Below, piece by piece: positions 1 to 12,650 of a stretch of DNA of 64,000 nt. The position numbers and the translations under genes were made by a program. Source of the stretch: Catajapyx aquilonaris (taxonomy: Eukaryota); assembly GCA_000934665.2 (NCBI GenBank), contig JYFJ02001476.1, forward strand, positions 1 to 64,000, given 5' to 3'. The notes under the pieces are model-generated. The model was not told where the DNA came from. It worked only from the letters and a program-made list of their open reading frames with translations, and did not search any database. The first letter of the stretch is position 1. Each line of letters opens with the position of its first letter.

Positions 1-195
1 TTCCGGACACGGGTTCCTATGTCAAAAATACTTGTCTTGGTCCCCTCTATTATCCCTGAAAGTCTTTGCAGAGTTACAATAGACACCCTGTATAATAGCA
101 GAACTCTTTGATAGTGACTGAGTAAACTGTTAGGCCTATAGACTTTCTGAGAGCCGGATGATTCTAAAAAGTTTATTTCCGGGACACCCTGTAGA
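1..195. mobile_element. Probable Tc1/mariner-type element right ends
   Basis: GACACCCTGTATA (82-94) and GACACCCTGTA (183-193) are reverse complements of TA-CAGGGTGTC termini typical of Tc1/mariner MITEs; partner ends are not identified. Confidence 0.35.
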
Positions 196-985
196 TGAAT
201 TTTTCCCCGGCATTTTACAATCAAAAGGACCACAACGAATTTAAGTGGTTAATTTTGGCGCCTCCGGAACGCTCAAGGAGAAGGGCCCCTCACTGCCACC
301 TTTTGGTCACGGCGGAAAGAGGGACGGGCCCTTGGTGAGCGGTGAGTGCTGCCACCTTTTGGTCACGGGCTCACGGCACTAATTCATCAGCGGCCGGGGG
401 GAGTAGTAGCTGGGGACGCCTGCCTTATTACCGCCGATTTCCTTTCCCGCCAAAACTCCTGAGCGCCAATTTCCTTTACCGCCATAAGCCCTTACCGCCA
501 CTTTCCCTTCCCGCCAGAAGTCCTAACCCCCACCTATTTCCTTTCCCGCCAATACAGGTCTGCCAACTGATTCAATTTGAGCCTCAGAATATTCAGAAAG
601 CTGTCATATAAGTTGCTACTTTCAGCCCCATTTTCTAACTATGCCGCCATCTTGAATCCGGATCTAGCAACTTATTATGATTTTCAGCGGATAGCTTAGA
701 GTAAACCCTTGCGACTTATTTGGCGGCGTCGCATGAACCTCCCGCAGCAAGCAAACAAGATATCAGCGGTGGGATCAGCAGGGGATTGGAGCTTGGCAAA
801 GCCTCAATAACGTTCGTTGGCCTCCGGCGCCACGAGACGGACGGTACTGTAAATGTTGCGGATACGAAACCCACAATAATCGCCCAGCTCCGCTTCCGCT
901 CCGCATTACCTAAAAATATCCTGCAGCCTGCAGGGCGACTAACCCTGCCTGGCGGGGCCACAACAGATGACAGTGGAGATAATGG

Positions 986-2147
986 CAAGATGGATAAACA
1001 GGGTATGGTGGCAAAACTGCGGCCGTTTTCCCTCTAGCGGGGTGTGAGTGTGATGTAAGGTCTGGCCGCCAGAGGCGCAGCTGTGCTATCAGGGCCGAAA
1101 TCTGAGCGCAGTGCAATGGCTGACATAGGGAGAATGTGCGTTTGAGGCACGTTTGCGGCTCTGTTTGTGCTCCCATTCCGACAGGACTGCCTCGACACCT
1201 CTTCACAACTAGCCTGTCCCCAGCCCAGACATGTGAGGCACTGGCCCAAGAGGTGCCTGCCCATGCTAGGCCACCAATTAACACACTGTTCTTGTTTTTG
1301 CTCGGGGGGCGCGATCGAGATCAGTAGGTCAATTGTATCCTAGGTATTAACTTTATCACATTGTGAGACAGGAAATTTTTTAAAAAAAATGTTCTATAGT
1401 TGTACTGTTTTATTCACATGCATCATACATGTACTAGTATATTGACAATAAACTGCAATGAAATTTATACACATAACGCTGTATTTTTAAATGAATTTCC
1501 TATTAACTCTTGAATATCTATTTGTGTATGAGGAATATAGCATGGAAGTAATTTTAATGTAATTATTTAGGATCAATCGAATGAGTTGTGCATCAAAATG
1601 TCAGACAATGCATAAGTGTGTTATGTGCTGAGTCAGCTGGGTCTCGCATGGTTTTTCTGCCGCGCACTCTTGCAAACTTACTTTCGGAACGCGAAATAGG
1701 TGCGGGCGTTTCTGCCCCAGAGCATCCCAGGTCCGGTTGTCAGTGGCATATCCGGACTTGCATCCAAAAGAAAAGCATTTCGCCGGCATTCTTGGCGCCC
1801 AATCTTCACTACCTGCTAGCCACCCGACGATTCCAAACTCCACCGCAGCTCCACCGACAATAATTCATTTGCGCATGCCCCTGAGAACCCCTGGGGTTAG
1901 AAAAAGTGGAAAAAGCCACCCAGAGCCTAACAGAATATCGGGCCACCTATTTTCTGCAACAGAAATGCTTCTAAATGTCCCGGGAGTTAAAAGTATTTCT
2001 TTCGGAACATCATTTTCCTATACTACTCCATGAAAGCGCGGGGAATATCGGCCCGATCGCATCAGTGGCGCCGCCAGTGGCTGGACCCACTTCAGCATTC
2101 TACCGTATCGAGGAAGTCTGGCCACCATACCCTGTTTATCCATCTTG
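986..2147. mobile_element. Non-autonomous TIR DNA transposon with 8-bp TSD (P-element-like or hAT)
   Basis: Terminal inverted repeats of ~33 bp (CAAGATGGATAAACAGGGTATGGTGGC at 986; its reverse complement ends at 2147), flanked by a perfect 8-bp direct repeat GATAATGG (978-985, 2148-2155). No transposase ORF inside. Confidence 0.85.
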
Positions 2148-2371
2148 GATAATGGATACCCCGTGATAAGCCTCCTTGGGCTTTTTAGGGGATCATCTTT
2201 TAATTGAGCAAGAAACCCCACGCGAGAAAACCCACACGAACACGGAGAGAACCCATCGAAACTCTATCCCCTAATCCACATAAGCATATACTCTGTCCGA
2301 TCCGGGGATCGAACTCGGGACCTTATAGAGGTGGAAGGCTGCGGCACTAACCACTCCGCCAGCGTGTCGCC
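2148..2371 (-). mobile_element. tRNA-derived SINE whose 3' tail is interrupted by the 986-2147 element
   Basis: Minus strand begins GGCGACACGCTGGCGGAGTGGTTAG (A box) ... GAGTTCGATCCCC (B box) and ends TATCACGGGGTAT. Flanked by CAACAG[A/G]TGACAGT at 961-974 and 2372-2385 (TSD, 1 mismatch). Confidence 0.8.
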
Positions 2372-2550
2372 CAACAGGTGACAGTATTGTTGCGGTACCA
2401 TGAAGCCACACAGTATCACCTACACAAAGGACAACTCCATCCCTCATGTTGCCGCGTCACTCAATGCCCATATCAGCTATTATTATTAGTCTAGCCTTAA
2501 TCATAGCCTGCTAGATTCGGATCCAAAAGTCTTATGTTCATTGACATCCA

Positions 2551-2953
2551 GCTTATGCCATGACGATCAACAACTCGCAGGGCCAGATCAGCACGTTAGC
2601 ATTTCCCTGGATGAACCTGTCTTCTCACAATCATGGCGAGCTGTATGTGGCACTGTCCCGGTCTCGCAACCCAATAAGTCAGGTCAAAGTGTTCACTACT
2701 CCTACTGCTCAACACGGAACATTGCTTTCCAACAACAGAGTGTTTACACACAATGTTGTATATCGGGAGGTTTTATGAAAACTTTTCCCATGTCCGATTC
2801 AGGAAGTGCACAGTATGTCCATTGATTCAATGCCACTCAATTTTTCAACCCCGTCTTACGACCAGCTATACGCGAGCCCTCTCATTCCATTATTTCATTA
2901 CCATTGTCTGCCTCATTGCAGGTTTTGCCAAATTTTGGCTACGGGTGCGCTAG
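2551..2953 (+). mobile_element. Helitron 3' fragment (degenerate PIF1-like helicase C-terminus plus terminal hairpin and CTAG)
   Basis: Frameshifted AYAMTINNSQGQ / ISLDEPVFS / HGELYVALSR / NVVYREVL motifs match the Helitron RepHel C-terminus. Hairpin GCCAAATTTTGGC (2927-2939) lies 10 nt before CTAG (2950-2953), followed by T. Confidence 0.85.
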
Positions 2954-3098
2954 TTATAAAAGATATTTATTGAGACCAATACACTAAACTGGCCATCACT
3001 GTATGGTTTACCCTACATGCAGGGTGGTACATTGCTCAAGTCCACAGTTCAGAACGGAGAAAAGGGGAGAAGATTAGTTATGGACTGTGCTTACAGTT

Positions 3099-3512
3099 TC
3101 AGTCAATAACGGAGAAGAAACCATTCATTTGGAGGGCTCCATTGTTGAACTGCGGATTTTTGGGCACTGAGCCATCACGTCCAATATGTCCGCAGGGTAT
3201 TCCATAGTTACTTTTCATGCGACCTACCTGCTTGAACCAGGTGGATGTGAACATATTAGCCTGACTTTGCCGGAATTCCTCAAATTTCATGTGGTCAAAG
3301 TCGGTGAGATAGGTGCAGTCTGTGAGGTGCTTCTTGAACTTGGCCGCGTCCGTGGTTATATTCCTGAAAGGCAGGTGATGCACCTGCATGTAGACCACTA
3401 ACCCAGTGGCACCCAAAGGAGCCAAAATCTCGACTATGGTCATAAAAGGCAGGTGCATTCGGATCACCAGCAGGCGCCAAGCCAGGGTTAGCAGCAGTCC
3501 AAAAACCCTCAT
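3099..3512 (-). CDS. ABCA-subfamily transporter-like N-terminal exon (diverged, possibly a pseudogene)
   Basis: ATG-started 137-aa ORF; FGLLLTLAWRLLVIRMHLPFMTIVEILAPLG resembles the ABCA N-terminus (LLLWKN..LQKRH...TIVEIL.P) followed by a hydrophobic TM1. A GTAAG donor lies at ~3094, just after the in-frame TGA. Confidence 0.4.
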   Translation of the reverse strand: MRVFGLLLTLAWRLLVIRMHLPFMTIVEILAPLGATGLVVYMQVHHLPFRNITTDAAKFKKHLTDCTYLTDFDHMKFEEFRQSQANMFTSTWFKQVGRMKSNYGIPCGHIGRDGSVPKNPQFNNGALQMNGFFSVID

Positions 3513-6500
3513 CTCTGCTGCTGCTGCTGCTGGCCTTCCTCGGAATAATCTTTAAACTGTAAACTAACCCAGCTACCGATTAATAGAGTTACGTTGGCAC
3601 TTGATTGTCAAGAAAACTCTTGTAATCATTCCGGTATCGCACTGAACATTTCTAAATTTAAGGTGTTCAATTTATTATATACTGCAATATATTGTGCAAT
3701 TGGAAGAATTACCTGTTACTGGCTGCTTCACCGTGTCATCAGAGAAGTTGCAGCTGCAATAGAACGCGGGTCTGCAACAATTTTTCATTTGTTTACAAAA
3801 CTGAGTTACTATGACAAAGCAAGGTGGGTAATAAAAAGTCGCGGAACCAGGAGATTTGACGTCATCTTACACTTACTGTTACACAAGTTACATTATAGTT
3901 CCTGATGGGCTGCAGGATATAGGCTTCTGCAAAGTTTCCCGAATTTTGGACATTTTCCTTGTATTTGTTTATTTACATAATTATATAGACTACACAGTCA
4001 TGCACTGACATACTAATTACAGTAACACATCTTAATTTACTGGTGATCTCATTTTTATTACCATTGCAGAAAAGTTCTCGCCTGGTGATTGTTATTCGCT
4101 CTATATGTCACTCCTCACATGGGTTTCTTGGAATTTTGTAACGATATATAAAACTTAAAACGTATAATTGCGAGAAATACGAAATGGATCTTATGCTCAA
4201 TAAGTACACTCTCTGCAACTTGTACAGTTTCATCATTATATCATCATTCGTTATTCCCAGTGATAATAATAGGTCTAGGTCTGAACTTCTTATTCGTCAT
4301 ATACTAATTCCTTACCACGTATTACATTTCAGATGATTATGCAACAGACTGCCATCAGATGGATCGGAAATGTTGCTGACAGCAGCTTTAATCTAGAAGA
4401 CACGTGATTTGGTGATTGTAATTAGAAAATTTGGGTATAAGAAAATAATATATTATCTTGTTGTTCTTATATCTTATTGTCGGACAGGCGAGTTCTTGCC
4501 TAATCTCCAGTAAATGTATCAATTGTCAGCATGAAAGTGAAATTCACTTAGTTAAAGTTAACTACAGCGTTTGCTCCAAGTTAAGTTTTGGAGGGTTTGA
4601 GTTATTTACACAATCTAAGTCGAATTTTTATATGTTACATCACCTGGTGAATCTCATGTAGCCCTAAGCATTCATAATGAGCCATCAAGCCAGAATTTTC
4701 AACATTCATTATCTTCTTAGCAAGTGCAAGGTCAGATCGTTGCCTTAGGTTCAAGCTTAGGTTACCTCAAAACTGGTTTGGTGGATGTCACTTTGATGCC
4801 AACGAAATGTAAGTTACTCGCGATATCTTTGATTTTAGAAATGTGGTGATTTGCTAATGGTCCCATAAGAAATAGAGTGCAATATATTGCGCTCCCATAT
4901 GCGACGCAATGACAATTTCACACATGAAATCCATTGTGCTGGCAGAAAAGAGTGAATGATTTTAATACAGCAATATTACACTTGCGTTGCCAAATCAAAC
5001 TCAAAGGTAATGCTATAGAGCGCCTTTAAGGTTTAAGGCTCTCTAGGTAATGCAAAACATACATACTTGGCATTTACTTTCTCAGGTGACAATTAATAAT
5101 AATCAAAAATTCAAACTAAACCAGAACATTCCTCTTTAAACAGAACACATTCTTCAAATACTGCAAGTGCAGTTTTGGTTGAATCGACCCTTTAGCATTC
5201 TACCAAATTTTTTTGGTTCTGTCAACAAATTTTTTTTTTTGGTGTGTAGTTAAGCTGAAGGAAATCTTATCACGTTTGTCTTGCAGAAAAGCTGCTTAAA
5301 TTTCAGTCGTAATTTTAATAATACAACGCGATTACACAACACCGGTGTTATAAATTTAATTTCACACTATACTTCCATATAAAAGCTCTCTATAACCGGC
5401 ACACGACTGACATTGATATGACGCGTACAATTTGCACAAACATGCCACGCGCACTCTGATTAACATGCATAGATACACTCCCAGAGAACTACATGCCGAA
5501 TGCCTACAGTATACAAAGTGTGTACAAATATGTGTCGCAATATAAGGAATGGTCCCGTCTATCTCTGCGGTACAAATTGTTCAGGACGTAATGACAGCGA
5601 GGCCAATGTATAGTGCGACGGCTGTTGTTTCTCTGCCCCTCGATTGGAAACGATTCTTTGTAGTTATACAAAAATACAAGCACCGGTCTCAAAAAAAGCC
5701 AGGGGGCACGTGGATCATCGTCTGCGGCGTGGAAAAGATTCAGGGAGAAGGTGGGGTGGCGATAAATTACCGAATTAGGCACTGTCAGTTTTGCAGAACA
5801 GCAACAGACTCTCTGCACATAATTAATTGCTATTAACTCAGATCATATTTATGTTATATGAATATTCTAGAGAGAATATATATATATGTGCAGAAGCGAT
5901 CATATCGACCAAGTCCAGGTTAAGGATTAATTATCTTTGATGTGAGATGCGACTGTGATGCATTAACTTTATGTAGCGGCTGTTATCTTATATAGTAATG
6001 TAATATGCAAATTCTACCCCACCTTTCTCGGTTTTTGGCTCCTAGTATCAATTACTAATGGAACAGTAGAACGTAAGTACGTAGAACTTTCAGCTTTTTA
6101 AAAAAATTGGGGACCAACGAGAGTCCACCATAATTGCATGGATGGAATCAGTTCCAGTAATGAGTATACAAATATCAACCGGGCATAGGCTGAAATTTCA
6201 AATGTTACGCCATTGTCCCACAGACCAGGACAAGACAAAATTTCTGCCATTAAAAGATGTTTAAATCCCCATTTCCCTCAGTTGATTCTAGTGCAGTATG
6301 TTGAAGTCCCTTCACAAATGTAGGTTTGTTTTTTACATTCACTGCAAAAAACTATACAGTATATAGATCTTAGGTCGCTCGACGTTAACAACAAAGTGCA
6401 ATATTTACAAATTAGAGCAGGTTTATACCTGTGTGGCCATCGTAAGAATATTCTGACACTTTGTTACACCTTATACAATATTACAAACGTTCAGCGGTGA

Positions 6501-8046
6501 TATATAGTACATACATGCATCTTAATCTTGCATTCATTTAATGTCGCATTGCTTCAATACCCTCAAATGCTTGCATCGTGGTATATCCCACTTGCATATG
6601 TAGGGAATTAATTATTATAATACCTTTAGATATGTTCTGCACATTCTGCTGCAATAGTTACAATTTATATCAAAATAATAGTCTACCAAAGGGTGCTTAA
6701 AATGCTGCCATTCTGCATAGTTCCATATCTTTTGGTCATGTGCGTTAAAAAGCCATTGTTCTAATGAGCTTCTCAGAGTGAATATATTTAATTCCACAAG
6801 TGCGGACGCGACCGATACAGTAAATATAATGAAGAAATTGTGGCCAAACATTTTTACCTGTATAAGATGCTTCCCGAAAGTGTGCCACAATGTGATATAA
6901 TTATAAGGTATTTTATACCGCGAATTATGTTATCAGAATTGGAAGAGATGTAGCACCCATGGAATATATTCTCCAAGGAAATACTGTACACACGAAGTAT
7001 AAACTTTGCATCCCACTTGCCTTTGTGCCATTGTTTCAAATTATGCATTGGAGCAACAACCTGCTGGAATTCAGCAATAATATGGCGAACCATAACAATT
7101 CGCAAAAGTAATAGCAAATACCTATGTTAAAATAATGTAATACAGCAATACTTCCTATGCAGAATTACTTCAGCATTTTGATAGAGAATTTGTTACAATT
7201 CAATGGCTTAGTTTTCAAGACCTAGAAACCAGAGTACATTTTTAAAAATACGCAGCATCATCAATAAGGATGCACTTCATGTTGCAGAGGACTTCAACCT
7301 ATTTTTGTCAATTTAGAACTCAATAATCAAGATCTTTCCCTCCTATTCAAGCCTTTAAAAGTGGCATATTGCACTTTAGATGTCACCTTAACAAGGGACA
7401 TCATAAAAATGTGAGATAGTCCAGACCCAGCATCACCTCAGTGGTTTCTCTCTCACATTAACAAAATGAGATATCTTAGGACGGTAGGTTCACTGAGTCT
7501 GTGTTCCCGTGTCGCTTACAGCAAACCTAGCTGTGTAGGATATTATCCTAAGAACTACCATAGCAACTATGAGGCATATGCCTTGGTCGACCAGACCTTA
7601 AACGGTACCTTCCACAGATATCCCGCTTGGGTTGGTTCTGAGGATTGGGATTGAGATAAGGATGGTGGGTCTAGTCTGCCTAGCCTTTCTCGAATAAGCT
7701 CTATTTTGTGGACCTTGTGTGGGGATTGGGATCATTTCTCTCGCACATGTAGCCTATATGTTGCTCCAATAAGTCTACCAGCAGATCTGCTACACATTGC
7801 AGCAGTTTGGACTAATTGAAGCATAGCAACAGATACGATTTTTTTTAAAAAACCATGGTCCCTAGGGTTGGTGCTGCTCGACACGTAATATCTTTCTTCC
7901 CATTATAAAATGCCCAACTGTTGTCAAAAATGAATTACATCAATGTGAATAGATTACACGCGGGTACAGACTTCCTCGAACTTACTTGTGTACGCCAACC
8001 AGTGTATGCCAACATTACTGTAAAATAAGAGGTGCGAGGAAGCCAA

Positions 8047-11000
8047 CTAGAGCTCGTACACATCAACCCTAGGATGCGACCTGTTCTTGGATTGCATCGG
8101 CCTCTTATTGCCAGCCGAAGAACCTTCCCTCATCCTCCCTCCACCTCTGGAAGCCTGGTGATGGTGATGGTACACGCCTCCCCCTCCCCCTCCCCCGCCT
8201 CCCCCACCGCCACCCCCTCCGGACGCCGAGGAAGACGAGTTGTGATAAATGTTGTATCCCGGTATGATGTGCACTCGGACGTCCGCCGATGGCCTCGGTA
8301 CTGCCTCGCTGCTCCTCTGCCGCCTGGAAAATGACACCGTCGTCTTGCAGAAGCAGTAGTGGAACAGGTTGACGAAGGCCATTCGGAAGTGGTAGTTGCT
8401 CAGAGCGTACACCACCCAGTCCAAACATGACTTGCTCAGAGCTAACCTGGAAGGCCAAATCCTTATCAAGTATAATACCGCAATTCAAATTCTCCACTTA
8501 TCCTACTCCACTGTACAAATCTGTAATAGTAACATACTTACCAAGAGAAGTGTCGATACAATGTCGTCGGAGGGGTGTGAACAGACGAAAGACACAGCAA
8601 GAGTCCGAAGGGCATCCAAAAGCCCACGAAGAGAAAAAAGACTACGAGGTTGGTCCTGGCCAGCTGCGCGTCGTGAGGGTACGACGAAGTAGGTTTGAAG
8701 GCGGGTGTGGATTCCGCTTCCCTTGTGTCCATCTCCGTCCTCAGGTGACAGAAGAGCGCCAGAAGCACCGGAAGGGACATGAGCGCCATGGCCACGGCTG
8801 CCTGTGCTGCCGACACAGACGACGACGATACGGACGAGGGCGAGGTGTCCTCCTCGTCACTAGTCCTCCACGGCGCTGCTGCTTCGGTGGCCAGCGATTC
8901 CTCCGAGGGCGAAGGAGGCGGCGGATACGACGACCAGGACGTTGAGAACGCCTGTCTGCTGCGGCCGAGTGCGTTAATTCCGCAGGGCTTGCCTTGGACG
9001 CAAATGGTCTCCCGCACTTGCAGATGGCACGTAGGACCCGTCGGTGAGAGTATGATCTGCATCCCGGCCAGTCCGGCTCCTCCAGCGGCCCAGATACATA
9101 CCAGAAGCACCATCACCCGAGGAGCTGACCGGAAGGCCACTGGAGCTTTGGATAAGGAGGCCACTGGTGGAGAAGACACGGGGGGCGAAGTGGGCGACAG
9201 CTCCGCACCTCTTCCTCCCTCTCCTCTTAAACAAAATATAAGGCATCACCTCCTAAGCTTGTTGCTCTTTTCATATCACAACTTATTACTATCACTAGCC
9301 TGCATACTGGGTGAATAATAAGAACCAGCTCAAGACACCCTATAGAGGCCTAGATGCCACATTTTTCAACAAGTCCAGAAAAGAACCGACTTTTGTTCCA
9401 CTAAATATATATTACAGTACGTTTATGTATTATTTATTTATTTTTTATTTATTTTTAAATACCCCGTGATAGGGAGGAGCCCTCTTGGGGGGAAGGGAGG
9501 GCGCTGTAATTTTTAGTCGATTCTGACTGTGAAATACACCATACCTTTTCTCCTGGCCCTGGGCAGAGCAGGGAGTGCAATTCTGCCCCGGCATGTCGGG
9601 TGAAAAGCGGAAAAAGACCCGGCCAAGCAGAGGTGACGGGGACGGGATTTGAACCCCAGCCTCCCGCTTGGCTTGCCAGTGGTAACCACTAGACCACCAT
9701 GCCTCCCCACGTTTATGTATTTCATACACACTCTGCACCTATGTGCACTTCATGACCTGGCAATATTGGGTAAAAATCTTTGATGTAGTTAACGACAAAC
9801 TATAGTGAAAACTGTATAGGTCTACACATTTCAGTTACACCTAGCGTAAACAAATATTTAACCGTTATAAGCTTTTATGCAATATACTGTACGCTTACTA
9901 ATGAAATAATTGCAAGAGAATTAGTATATTAGACTCTCAACAGGCTAAACCTGTAATTAGTTTCTAGCATAACTGTACAGTAGCCTACACTATACATGCC
10001 GAGTACTCCCACATTACTCTCACCACTGTGGCTAATAATAAAATTCATACAACAGTACCAGTCATTTAGACTGTAACAGCGAATTAATAAAACACACGAA
10101 CGTGCTATTAGTGAGAGAGATTATGAAGCGGACATCTTCCGAATAGTGAAGAATTCCTTTCCGAATATCCTAACGTCCTTCAGGCATATCCTTTCCATTA
10201 TTAACATTAGTAGACAAGTTGTAGCATGTACTTGATTAATCACATTAGGGAGTAAGAAACAAAGGATAATAATAGCAGCAGGGAGTATAGGTGGATGACT
10301 CTTGGACGCGATGGTACGCAGCTTATCCTGAACGTTCAGGGCATTCCCGCAAGCCTGCTTGGGTGTCAAATTGCCATCATTCCAGGATACATTCTCTGAA
10401 ACCGTGAGTAGTTTTCCTCAACATATTTCAAATGCGACCGGCTGCAGGGAAAATCACCCTACAATCTACATGTATAAAGCAAAAGTGGTATTGCACTTTC
10501 GTTTCCTAGAATATAATGACGCGTCATAGCTTATTTTTAACGTGCATGTTATTTGATCTGAACCCTCGAAGGTGAAAGGTACTTGGCAAGTTGGTCTTTG
10601 CATGATGCCACTGAGACTTGAAAGATGAATAGGTTGGCCATCCCAGGCGTGATTCCATTACCCTAATAAGACGTCCACAGTGAGTCAATGAATGACGAAC
10701 CCACCCGTTGACGTCAGTGTCTCAGGTTCTCCCACTTGAGTGAACGCCCCCGATGGAAATAATTATTGTTAGTAACAAAATTTAAGCAATAATTTCGCAG
10801 TACCTATGCGGGTTTGTGCAGCGGGAGGGCAAGCAGTGTCGGCGTCCATGCAAGACAATGCGAAGGCGCGTCTGAGACGAAGCTGGTTTTCTAGGGCTAT
10901 GGCAGGCAGGGTCAGCAGCGCCACCAGTCCCGCCAGAATAGTGGTGGCGTCCTGAAAGCGGCAGGCGCTACCAGTGGACGACTCCGTTCCAGCCAAGATG

Positions 11001-12650
11001 GACACTGTCCATGATGGAAGGACTAGGCCGGTCACCAGCAGGTCAGCAAGAGCCAAGTTCACAATGAACGTGTTTCCTGAAATTAAATAAAAAATCATTA
11101 ATAATTCATTAATAAATTGAAGAAGTAAAAGTAATGATAATTGTTTGTTGCTTCCAACTGACAATGAGTGTTAATCTCAAGCTGCAAAACTTATCTTGGT
11201 GAATAATCTTTACCATCTACCCATTTCCTATCCTGAATTTCGGAGACTCGTGGGCCAGTGCCACCATCCGGCATAGGAAGAGCCAAAACTAAATATTTGA
11301 TTTGCTATGTGAGACAAGCGAAATTCACTCTTCCTCTCGAACCTGTAACCATTACTCCCTCCCCATACCCTCCCCTTCTTTCTACATAATCACAGCAGAG
11401 TATTCAAAGCCATAACTCTTTCATTTGGGGCCTTTCATTAATTGATTAATAATGCAAATGCTTTGAACACTAGAAAGTTTCCAGACATTTCTTCATCTGA
11501 TAAGGGCAAATACTTGCTTCAACGCCTATTTGCATTTGTACCTTCGGATCTCGCTGTTCCGAAACACAAGGCGAGAGATTTAAATGATGGGACCGAAGGG
11601 TTCAAGTGAAGTCACTTGGGTCAAGAGCATGGTACAGTACCTACGTAAAAAAAGTAATTCCTTAACGCAAGAGTCTGTAATGGCCTCGCCGAGTTTCGAA
11701 CTACTTCAATATAGGGCCTAGGTGAAGTGTACTACTGTTGGCGTGTGGAGAGATTCAATCGATCAGTGCCGACCATTAGTAGTTATTGGGCTGCATCCTG
11801 ATGGAGGTATGTTTTCAGTAGTTGACTATGGAAGAGGTAGGAGTCGGGGGAGTGGACAAATTCCCCTGCTGTGCTGGCATGGCCATTGGACAGATGGCAA
11901 AATGCGACAATAAGGTTTATTATTGTCCAGCACTAGTCAGAGTAACAATAAGGAAATAAAACCTTCACTTTGTTCAGTGATGATGGTTGCACATCTCCAG
12001 GATATGTTATAGGCCAACACCCATTTTGACAGATAGTACAGTGCATGCTAGTGAATTATAACGCTTGGAGGATGCTCCAAGCTCTGTGAGAGTCAACATT
12101 CTACAGTGCAGTCATTTACCTGTCACTCACTATAGCCCTCTAGCATGCATCAATATTTCTGCCTGCACGCATGCACTTCACATGCAGCACTGTGGCTGAA
12201 AACTAACCCCAGAGGATAACTTCAGTCATTCTGCTATGAAGCAAAGCTGACTACCAATCCGTTATTGTCGTTTACGTATTTTAAATCCTTCGGTAAATAA
12301 AGTCGTTGTCGATGGAAACGAAGTTCCCCATACTCGACTCTACGAGATAAATATGTCTAACACAGACCTTTAAACCGCTATTTTCACGTTGAAAGGAAAG
12401 ATTTGGTATGCAATTCTTAATGAGATGTGACCGCCTTACCCCTTTTCTTGAGGTGATCTTCAACCATGACGGCGCTAATGGTAAAGATGTTCCCGACGGT
12501 TCCAACAGCCGACAGAGAAGCCAGCAGAAGGAGCCTTGTAAGGCGACCCCAGTCAGCTTCCTTTACCACCACCAAGGGAGTGGTCGATGTTGGAGTCACA
12601 GTAAACTCCTCCATCTCCCCCAGGAATGTGGTGGCGTTGTCCTCCGACAT
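8047..12650 (-). CDS. Orphan rhodopsin-like (class A) GPCR, melatonin-receptor-like/Moody-Tre1-related group; coding exons 12650-12440, 11076-10804, ~9225-8542, 8446-8047
   Basis: TM1 GTVGNIFTISAV; TM2 FIVNLALADLLV; TM3 C..LTLPAIALENQ; TM4 VCIWAAG; TM6 FVGFWMPF; TM7 LALSKSCLDWVVYALSNYHFRMAF. Junctions 1/2 and 3/4 are GT-AG and in frame; the exon 2/3 junction phase is not resolved. Confidence 0.85.
9432..9708 (-). mobile_element. Full-length tRNA-derived SINE in a GPCR intron
   Basis: Minus strand GGGGAGGCATGGTGGTCTAGTGGTT (A box) ... GGTTCAAATCC (B box), 3' TATCACGGGGTAT plus (AAAT)n tail. Perfect 13-bp TSD ACGTTTATGTATT at 9419-9431 and 9709-9721. Confidence 0.9.

Noticed and set aside
5504..5836. 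Opposing ~100-aa ORFs
   Set aside because: No homology recognised; consistent with chance ORFs.
9630..9708. tRNA gene
   Set aside because: A/B boxes are followed by a SINE body, tail and TSD; no full cloverleaf. The same applies at 2300-2371.
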